Source: Gnetum montanum
Lineage: Eukaryota > Plantae > Gnetophyta
Direction of reading: 5' to 3'
Assembly (NCBI GenBank): GCA_015680685.1
Contig: MNCI01002045.1
Coordinates: 161,072 to 225,071, forward strand
DNA: 64,000 nucleotides
Position 1 is the stretch's first letter. The number at the start of each line of letters is the position of its first letter. The notes under the pieces are model-generated. The model was not told the DNA's origin. It saw only the letters and a list, made by a program, of their open reading frames with translations, and searched no databases. Both the position numbers and the translations under genes were made by a program. Below, piece after piece: positions 54,389 through 64,000 of this stretch.

Positions 54389-56052
54389 ATGCCTCTCCTA
54401 TAAGATTACGATAGTGCCACACCTAGTGAGGAAGTTCATTGGAGAACCAACGAACTATATGATAATGAAGATTGGAGTATGCAACCTGAGGTGGGGGTTT
54501 CTTATGAACATAAATGAAAGCAATGTCATCTCAACACACGAAAGCATAGCTTACAAGCTGATGATGAACCACCACTGGCCACTATAAGCCTAACGCAAAT
54601 ACAAGAGGCTATTCAAATCTCCCATAGGCATCATAAAGAGAGCCGTCTACCCAAGTTCGATGTAAACAACTTTCCAAAATTTTCAGGAGGCTCTGACTTA
54701 GATCTGCATCAACATTTACAAGCCTTCTATGATGCCTATACGTGGAACAACATTAATAACTACTGGCAAAAACGCAAGCTCTTCCCTATGACACTCATTG
54801 GCCAAGCAAAAGTATGGTATAGATTGTTAAAACCAAATTCAATACGACGTTGGTCAACCATGGTAGAACTCTTTAATGAAAGATATTAAACCTACGCAAG
54901 GGTGTTGGCCTTGAGGAAACAAATCCAAAAGTGGAAACAAGCACAACATGAACCCTTGGACATGGCCTTAGAAAGATATTATACACTGTTAAACAACTGT
55001 CTAGGCCATGGGTTTTTCAAGGAAAGGCTAATGTACCATATTATTGATGGGCTTCATGACGAAACAAGAGAAACCCTAGGGATATATGCCCAAGGTCAAC
55101 TATACAAACTACAAACTCATCAAGTCCAAGAGCTTATTAAGTGGGTAGCAAAAGAAGAAGGAGAAATGGCTAGATGGAAGAGTGTTGAAAACCATCAACG
55201 GGAACAAAATCTCAACTTAACAAAGGTCCATAATCATAAAAAGGAGAAATCAACCTATCACAAGGAGAAAGAACCATCTTTGCCAATACAACAATCATTA
55301 GAAGAAGTTGAGGCAAAGATCAATAAGATGTTGGAATGGACGTATAAAAAGTATGGATAATTTATCGATATTATTGGAGATAGAGTTTTGACAACCCAAG
55401 AAGTAGGACAAAGTATTAGTAGACAATCGGAAAGAAGGGATAAGAAAAATAAAAGCTCAATTACCAATCATACATATGAATGCAATATTTGCCTGTACGA
55501 TCACCCCAAGGGCCAATGCCCAATCTTGTTACATTTATATGAACATTGGGGAAACACGTTACACTGAGAGTTCGTACAGAGATACTGTGTTCGATCACAG
55601 TGGCAACAATCCTAGTCATGGAGGAAACCACCCCTAATCTAGAGACACCCTTCATACCAACCGAACCCAAATGCTTATCTAGTCCAATACCCTATTTCTC
55701 CAACTAGGACAACACACTCTATCTCACCGCATTACTATTCTCCTCAATATTATCAGCCCATGTCCTCAACATAACCACCGCCTTGTGCACCTTACACTTC
55801 TCCTCAATTTCAACATTCACATCCTTTCCCTCCTTCTACATTGCCACCAACTATTCCTAAGTTGCCTGCACCACAACAACAACCTCCGAATGTTACTTGT
55901 GCTACTATTGCCAATAGCAGTGAGAGACCTCAACAACATTGAAGGTGTCCCTTCTTTAGAAATGACCCTAGAAAGGGACAACACAATTCCAAGGCCACTA
56001 TATCATCCACTTCTGCACAAGTCCAACCCTGTGATGCACCCTTATCTTTGAA
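54389..56052 (+). pseudogene. Retrotransposon gag (stop-interrupted)
   Basis: FPKFSGG..LHQHL, KLFPMTLIGQAKVWY, ..ERYYTLLNNCLGHG, zinc knuckle CNICLYDHPKGQC, Pro-rich tail running into the gap. Confidence 0.88.
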
Positions 56053-56771
56053 NNNNNNNNNNNNNNNNNNNNNNNNNNNNNNNNNNNNNNNNNNNNNNNN
56101 NNNNNNNNNNNNNNNNNNNNNNNNNNNNNNNNNNNNNNNNNNNNNNNNNNNNNNNNNNNNNNNNNNNNNNNNNNNNNNNNNNNNNNNNNNNNNNNNNNNN
56201 NNNNNNNNNNNNNNNNNNNNNNNNNNNNNNNNNNNNNNNNNNNNNNNNNNNNNNNNNNNNNNNNNNNNNNNNNNNNNNNNNNNNNNNNNNNNNNNNNNNN
56301 NNNNNNNNNNNNNNNNNNNNNNNNNNNNNNNNNNNNNNNNNNNNNNNNNNNNNNNNNNNNNNNNNNNNNNNNNNNNNNNNNNNNNNNNNNNNNNNNNNNN
56401 NNNNNNNNNNNNNNNNNNNNNNNNNNNNNNNNNNNNNNNNNNNNNNNNNNNNNNNNNNNNNNNNNNNNNNNNNNNNNNNNNNNNNNNNNNNNNNNNNNNN
56501 NNNNNNNNNNNNNNNNNNNNNNNNNNNNNNNNNNNNNNNNNNNNNNNNNNNNNNNNNNNNNNNNNNNNNNNNNNNNNNNNNNNNNNNNNNNNNNNNNNNN
56601 NNNNNNNNNNNNNNNNNNNNNNNNNNNNNNNNNNNNNNNNNNNNNNNNNNNNNNNNNNNNNNNNNNNNNNNNNNNNNNNNNNNNNNNNNNNNNNNNNNNN
56701 NNNNNNNNNNNNNNNNNNNNNNNNNNNNNNNNNNNNNNNNNNNNNNNNNNNNNNNNNNNNNNNNNNNNNNN
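56053..56771. other. Assembly gap (719 N)
   Basis: Run of N. A second gap lies at 35673-35730 (58 N). Confidence 1.
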
Positions 56772-57519
56772 ACTCCTCCCTTGAATAAAATGCCAAGTGA
56801 TCGTATGCCTTGTTGTTATGGTACTCTCATAGTTGCTCATCATGGGATGAAACAATGTGATGTCACTGATTAGAGAAATGGACTTGGTCCTGATCTTGGA
56901 ATGATGGGTTAATGACACGTTAATCATGCTTTAGACGCAGGATTCATTATGCCCTGGGTCAGTTACCTCATGTCCCAATCTCTACGATCCCTTCTATAGT
57001 TCGTCTCATCTCACTATTCATGTAATTGTAGCTTATGTCGTGTGTAACATAGAATTCTTACCTCATTCTAGTGATATTTACATGTGTGTGTTTTGTGGAG
57101 TCACTGCGGATTACATTTAACCCTTCTAGTGCCCACGGACACTTTAAGTGTGGTTACACAAGGGCATTATAGGTTGAAACCTGCTTTAGGGAGGACCCAC
57201 TTGTGTAATCTATTGTAATTCTCACATATGACATAGCTCACACACACCATTTCTTACCCTCAACATGATTTTCAAATGATTTTCTTTCCCTACTACTATC
57301 CCTCTGAATAATAGCGTTCCGATGTACCATCACATTGCCTTTTTCTCTACCATCCAAGGTCCTTATTGATAAAATCCACAAATCATTATTCGTGCCTTCA
57401 AAACCATATAATTACCTTTGAATCCCTTAACAATAGCCTAATGTCCTAAGTTACAATGTTGATTTCAAGAAAACCCCTAAAAAATTTGGTATTTTTGTGG
57501 TGCCCAATGTTACTAGGGC

Positions 57520-57570
57520 CGTGATATCACGACCGACGCAATATCGCATCCCCAAAACCTATAAATAGGC
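57520..57570 (+). promoter_or_regulatory. Putative internal promoter for the extra ORF
   Basis: CCTATAAATAGG (TATA at 57560) preceded by GTGATATCAC and GCAATATCGC, motifs also present in the element's LTR U3. Confidence 0.5.
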
Positions 57571-58045
57571 AACCCTCCCATAACACTTGGCATCCTTTCT
57601 CATCATTCACATGGGGGAGTTTTTCAAATTTTTCTCTACGACTTGCGAGTGTGACACCCTTGCTTTTCTACCTATATCTCACTCGCTGGTACTCCGATTT
57701 TAATTCCGTCTGAACCTACCTGAACCCGGAGTGTTCAGCTTAGTCGTGGGGGAGGGACACTTGCCGAATAGCACATAAATGTTTTGGAATTTATCATCGC
57801 CCAAAGGACATTATTAAGGGTAATTAGTTGTAAATTAAGAATGAAATGTGCCAAAAAATCATTTAATCCTTTAGGTACACCGGGAAATTAAAATTGAAAA
57901 CCACCTAAGTAAAACAAACTTATTATTACAATCTTTCAAGTAATATCATATGGAGATGAAATAAATTAATTAATTAAGGAAAGCAGTAAGGTATAACTTA
58001 ACTTCAAAAACAATCTTACTAATGCTTGGCCCCGTGTGATTGCAG

Positions 58046-60835
58046 ATGGCCCCGAAATGTGGACAACAAGAAGGTCTTGCTCCAAGTGGAAGTAAACGAC
58101 CTAGGAGAGGTGGAAGACAAGATCTTGTCGGACAACATACAGAATAGGAGGAATAATCATTTAGCATTCATCAAGAGGACCCTCTTACTGTATAGTCTGG
58201 GCAAGTAGAAGGAGGAGCTGCTGCAGTGCCTGAACAGGGACAACATCTCACATTGCCCCAAGATTGTGTTCAGGCCATCCACAAAAAGTCCACATTCATT
58301 GTGGTGATTGTGGAGTTAAACTTTGAATATTTTATAGAGTTCACTCTTAAGACTATTAGGGATCACCTTAAAGGGTCTCCCTTATGGCCTGCCCTCTCTA
58401 AAAGCGGTGCCTGGTACCTAGGGGAGACGTACCAATTTTGGCACAATAGAGAGCAAGGCACCACTATCAACATCTGTGGTGTGTCAGTTGATTTCTCCAC
58501 AGAGGCCATTTCAGAAGTATTAAACCTTTCGAATACAAGCCCCAAAGTTGCTCAGTTATCCACTTGTTCAGACCTCGATGTGCGACGAGATTGGTTGGAA
58601 AGGACGTATGGCAGAGATAAGACATTTGGTGAGTTGACAACGAAAGAGAGGATCTACTTCAAAATTGGAACTTATCACCTCTTCCACACAAAGGGCTTAA
58701 AAAGAATATCAACATATGTGGAAAGAGGATGTGCAGTGCTGATGGGGAAGGTTAATGCTAACCTACCTCATCTATACTTAAGGAAGATCCTAAGGCGATT
58801 CGAGGAACGAAAGATAGGGAAGATGGCGTTGCCCTTCCCTTGTCTTATCAGAAAGCTTTGTAAACATGATGGTATTAGGGGGTACACTAATGATGTCCTC
58901 TAAAAATCCCAAAATGCTTCATATGCTGAACTGTTAAAGCCACTAGCCACAAGGAAAATCACTAGTGAGACGCTAGGGCCAAAAGAAGAAGAAGAACAGA
59001 CGGCTGGACCAACTCCAACTCAACTTGCAAGACCCAGCCAACGTCCAAGCACAAGACCCAGCCAACAATAGGAAGCAGGGCCTAGCATGGGCCAAGATCA
59101 GCCACCACCGTCGCAAGACTACAGACCGTTGATGAGCCATCTCAGGGCCATTGTTGAGATGGTTAGTTGGGGAAGTCGTGATGACGCAAATCTCTTCCGC
59201 GTAATTGATGATGTCGTATGACCCATAATTTCTTTGGATAGCACAAGGGGCGAAGTGTCTATCCATATAGGAGGAGGGGAAAGTAGTTGGTCAAAATAGA
59301 TTTCAGGAAACGTGGTATCTTTCCAAGTACAATTAGAAACTGGTGAAGGCGCCACCATGGTGGTCATGCAACACCAGGGTGTCGCGGTAGTCGCAGAAGT
59401 GATCACAGACCACATCAAAGAATCCTTTAATGTACTTGTTGTACTACTAGCAGAACTCACAGGAGCATGGGATGCTCAAAATTTAGTCGGAACCTCGATG
59501 ACTCCTACAGAACATGAGGATGTGATTGATCGATTGCTACAAATAGGACAAGTAATGATGTCCATGTTTGACATCCCTCAGGATGTTACAACAATTCAGT
59601 CAGACCTCATTTCCACAAAGGGGAAGTTGGTTTTAACAAAAGTGAGGGCCGAGCATGCTGAAGCAGAAGTGTAGAAATTACAAGAGCAGCTCGTGGCCCT
59701 ACTAGCAACACAATGGGACCCTTTGCAATTTGTTCCTGCAGACCAGCTAGATAATTTCAGAACTAAGCAACTAACCAAGCTAATCACAGAGAATAAATAG
59801 GTGGTTGAAGAAAAAGAGAAGACTGTTTGGGATGCATCTGTAGCACAGGCACAAACTCATGCACATCTTAAAGCACTCAACGCCTTACAGGAGGAAAATA
59901 AACAGCTCGTTGCTGACAACCTTCGGTTGACCTCTGTAGAGAAGTAAAAAAATGTTCTCGAGGAACATTTCCATCAGTTGCAAGAATAATTCATCTAGGT
60001 CAACCAGGAAATAAGCCATTTAGATAAGGAGAATCGAACCCTCTCAATGGAGGAGGTACGTGCAATTTGTGAAAAGACAACCATCGAAATAAGCATGTGG
60101 CAAAATGAGGCTAAACGACACGAAAAGCTAAAGGAGCACTTCCAAGATTAGGTGGGGATGTACAAATAAATCCTTGAGACAGAGATCCGTATGGCCAAGG
60201 CCCACATCAATGCTATCAGTGCTCAACACACTGACTGGCGGGCCATATTAGATACATATGCTTTTGCCCACCAAGCGGAAGTTAAGAACCAGGACCTACA
60301 GATTCAAGATCTAACAGAATACATGGAGTTGGCAAACTTGCAGTATGCCAACCTTGCCATGTTAATAGTAGGGTGCTTGAGGACAAAGCTCGAGTAGCAG
60401 GTAGCTACCACCTATGCCAAATACGAAGTAGAATTTGTAGAATGTAAGAAGTTATTAGAAAAACTAAAGATCGCAAATTTTGAACTTAAGGTGGTGAAGG
60501 CAAGCTACCAAGGCCAAAAAGATGTTGCAACAAATTTGGCTTGACAGCTTACAGATTTTCAAGAGTACAGAGACAAAGCTAGAGGATACAAAGAGGAATG
60601 ATGGGTATTTGTGGCTCGGTATGTCAAGGCCAATCAAATGTTTCTGCAACTACCCTATCTGTGGGAAGTGCCAACTCCATCAAACATCGGAACATTAGCA
60701 TGGATCGTACAAGACCCTCGGATTGAAGAGGAGAAACTCCAAGCCATACTTAAATGCCATCAAGTCTCAAAGCCTGAAGCACAAGACAAAGGGAAAGCAT
60801 TAATGGAGGAGCCACCGCCACTAGGAACTACATGA
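58046..60835 (+). pseudogene. Extra (env-position) ORF, 930 codons: env-like/Transposase_32-like domain, linker, alpha/beta domain, coiled coil
   Basis: ATG at 58046 (MAPK..KRPRR) and the ORF-track pieces at 58226, 59312, 60191 and 60611 share one frame. The stops read are TAA/TAG/TGA consistent with C->T changes. Motifs ICGVSVDFSTEAISEVLNL and LPFPCLIRKLC. Confidence 0.85.
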
Positions 60836-62899
60836 GTTCCACAAATTTTGTAGTTGTAGCACATTCTTTGTGTTGTGTCTCAATTTTGTTTTCATTCCAC
60901 ACTGCGGCATAACCCCATTTTCACCATCCAATAATCACATACCTATCCACTATGTAATCACTATAACTTGAGGACGAGTTTTCATTCAGTCATGGGGGTA
61001 TGATGAGTCATCATTTAGGTGATTGCGATATTGCATACGTGATATGGCAGCCTGTCTCCTCATCTATAAATAAGAGGTAGATAGATGAGTTAGGGGAGGA
61101 TTAGTTTTTAAGTTAGTTTTAGTTTAAGTGTTTTAATTTCTTTCTCTCAACCCTTTTCCTCCTAGTGTATGCCTGCAGTGTGACGATTGTAATTGTATGA
61201 CATCCTTTATTTGAGTGTGATGTACTTGGACACGCACATGATTGGCAATAAAGATCGAGATTACTTCATCATTGTAGCATTCACTTAGATTAATTATTTA
61301 TTTACTTGTTATTTACTGCTTCCCTAATTAATCTCTCTCACCCTTAAACTCATGTTAACGTGGAATGAGTATGACTTGATTATGAGCATTTAAGTGTGAC
61401 TACTTGGTAATCCAGTAGTGTACCTAGGATCTGCACTTGGTAATCCCAGTGGTAGTCGTGCACGAAGTCCAAGATGTATATGGATAATCAAGGAACAGAT
61501 GCTCATCGCACTTAGGCTAGCTAGATTCCTTCTCACAATTCTCTCTTAGTTTAGTTAATATTATCATTTCCCATTGCCTTCAGGAGTAGCATTAGGATTA
61601 GAAACACATCATACACCTCACTCTAGACTAAACCATACGTGACAAAGCTAATACTAGTCTAGGTGGGAAGACAATGAACTGTGACCTAAGGTTAACTATC
61701 TAGATGCCACAACTAGTTTGTCTATGGCGTTCGACCAGATCGCGCATGTAACACTCGTATTCGTATTGTTGAGTGTAGGGGTACCTCGCCACTCATCAGT
61801 CGAGAGAGAGAAGGGTAGGTGATCTACATCTAGGTCACATGAGATCCTTGTGAAGTTTGTAATTAAGATGATTTGATATTACCTCAATATTAGTCTAGAC
61901 CAAGTCCATGCTACTTTTAGTGACTTTGCATTGATGTAGCCTTTCCCTTTGACTAGCAAGAGTTCATGACAATTCCCAAAGGATAATCATCACTCCAAAA
62001 GAAGAAAAAAGAGAAGAAGGAAGATAAAAAGGGCCTTAGTTGGAGGGGTGCCTTTAGGCATGGGTAGCATGTCTTTCTAGCCCCATAACTAGTGCTTGTA
62101 GACCATTATTATGTCCAAGGGGTGTCCTTTGAATTCTCATGTTTATGTGTTTTTTCTTCATGGGAATGAAACCATGCAAAGATGTACTTCCTTTTATAAT
62201 CGATAATAGGATTGGTAATATAGAAATGGAGAAAAATCAAAAAACTCAAGCAAGAAGTTGAAAAGAGGATACGACAAGTTTCCTTGAGGTCACATCCTTT
62301 TCCATTCCTTCTTGATCTATTTTGAGTTTGTTGGGTAGCAAGGTCATTGGTTACTTTTTAGTTGCAATGTAAAAAGACCTCATACTCCCAAGATGTAGAG
62401 CTGCTATGAAATAGATGGAATGGATGGATGTTGTGGACCCACTACCTACTACCATGAGAATATTAAAAATTGAAAATTTGTTAATAAAGGTCATAATCCA
62501 AAGACAAAAATTTGGCCATTTATTAAATTAATCATAATAGTAATGACTGCATTAAAGAGCTTCTAGTATCAAAAGTAGTGATAGCAATATTAAAGATTTT
62601 CCATAAAACTAAACAAGATAAAATTAACAAAAAAAGGAATAAAAGGAAAAAAGAAGAAAAAAGGAAAATATATAAAATAGCCAATAAATTATTCAAGAAA
62701 ATGAAAAACATATAAAGGATTGTGTAAAACAAAAAGGTGAAAAATGGATTAGCACTTACAAGATATCAATATGGATGGCCGGGTTCCCCACAACTGAGTT
62801 GAGAGGAGGAGATTCAAAAAATAGAGCATGCCTATTCATAGGTATTAGGTTTATTGGTTACTTTAGGTTCTAAGAATGGCTTCACTTCTTGGATGTTAA

Positions 62900-64000
62900 T
62901 TAGGAATCATTTTTTGGATGTGAAGGATGATAGATGGTCATGGCACTAGAAGGAAAAGTTTCTTGAATGATATAAGGCCCTTCTCATAATGTTTGGAATT
63001 TAGTAAGTTGTGGTACATGCATGGAGTTCCAGTAAAAAACCTTATTGCGTGGTTGGAACTTAAATCTTTGTATTTGTACATCATGATGTTGTTTGGCATG
63101 TGCCTTATGCACTTCATTTATTATTAGGACTACTTGTCAATTTTCATCTAGCACATTTAGTATCATTAGACATTCTTTTTGTGCTAGATCAAGATTAAGG
63201 TCAAGCTCCGAAGTGGTTGAGAGTGTGTAGAGCTTAGCTTGAATTGATAGTTAAGGTATATTTCCATACACCAACTCACAAGGAGAGTACCCTATAGGAA
63301 GCTTCCAAGTGGATCAATGAGCCCATAGATCATCATTGAGTTTTGTGCTCCAGCCCTTTGTATATTTGTTGATTGTTCATGTTAGTATTTAGGTTATTTC
63401 CCTATTAGTAACTTTGACTTGCCCATTAGCTTAGGGAGTGATAGGGGGTTGTGAGTATATGTTGCACCACCAAGCATTGCATCGGCTTTCAAAATGTAGT
63501 TTCCATAAAATTAGTCTCATTATTAGAGATAAGTGCTCTTGGCACACCAAACATATTTACCACATTTTTTTTGGACAAATCATGGTGTAGTGGAAGATGA
63601 AAAATCGATGACTATTGTAGCTTCAGTCCACTTAGTGTAATAGTCAATAGCTACAATGAGGTATGCCTTCTTCTTAAACATGGGATTGATGGTTCCCATG
63701 AAGTCAATGCCCCGAAGTCAAAGGACTTCAGTGGTTGTATCCACTATTGAGGCCCTTCCATTTAGATTGCCAATCCTCCATCTTGTTAAGGGGGTTCACA
63801 TAAATGCAAAAAATGATGGGTGTTCCTAAAAATCATTGGTCAAAAGTACCCTGGCATGAGAATCTTTCTAGTCATCCTCCTACTAGCATAATGGCTCTTG
63901 CAAGGACCTTCATGAGAATCTTGGAGGATTTGCAGTTGATCAACATAAATCATGCACCATTGCATGAAGCTATTAGCATAAACCTTGTAGAGGCTGCTTT
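62900..64000 (-). pseudogene. Gypsy integrase remnant
   Basis: H2C2 zinc-finger region, rve core and GPY/F motifs, with stops and frameshifts. Confidence 0.9.

Larger units (their letters stand above)
53435..61798 (+). mobile_element. Athila-like Gypsy element with both LTRs (53435-54246, 61001-61798), gag and a long extra ORF; no visible pol
   Basis: LTRs about 90% identical by eye with TGATGAG...CTCATCA termini. TSD GTCAA/GTCGA. PBS TGGCGCCGTTGTCGGGGAC (tRNA-Asp type) at 54248. PPT CATGGGGGTA preceded by CTTGAGGAC. Internal PPT-like ATGGGGGAG at 57611. Confidence 0.96.
48448..64000 (-). mobile_element. Athila-like Gypsy element running off the right edge: integrase (64000->~62900), intergenic region, degraded extra ORF (52391->~49600), PPT and 3' LTR (49352->48448); interrupted by the 53435-61798 insertion
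   Basis: Integrase motifs ILQDSHEGPCKSHY, IDFMGTINP..YLIVAIDYYTKWTEA, TTPYH and GPY. PPT TGGGGGTA|TGATGAG at 49360->49346. The extra ORF begins MALKRG. Confidence 0.88.

Noticed and set aside
55930-56927. Long ORFs of 246-309 aa (also 35561-35839)
   Set aside because: Artefacts of translating through N gaps.
58226-58903. True retroviral envelope or a host gene
   Set aside because: No evident signal peptide or transmembrane anchor. It is bounded by LTRs and repeated in sibling elements, so it is called a TE accessory ORF.

Overview
Eukaryotic, AT-rich, CpG-depleted land-plant DNA from a large, repeat-rich genome (inferred; the species cannot be named). There is one clear host gene: a 5-exon, minus-strand DUF212 / divergent-PAP2 gene ('acid phosphatase/vanadium-dependent haloperoxidase-related', 183 aa), spread over 22.2 kb (18432-40638) because its introns hold nested Copia elements, a solo LTR, MITEs and tRNA-derived SINE-like repeats. 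The rest is transposon-derived: an L1-type LINE abutting the gene's 5' end, a Tat/Ogre-like remnant, a young CpG-rich solo LTR, and at least seven LTRs and four internal-region pieces of one Athila-like Ty3/Gypsy group. The most interesting signal is in that group. It carries a conserved extra ORF of about 930 codons: an env-like/Transposase_32-like N-terminus, a possible SRPBCC-like domain and a long coiled coil. The ORF appears to have its own internal TATA promoter, preceded by the same short motif found in that element's own LTR U3, and it is retained in a copy that seems to lack pol. There are two assembly gaps (35673-35730 and 56053-56771). All alignments and identities were judged by eye; no searches were run.
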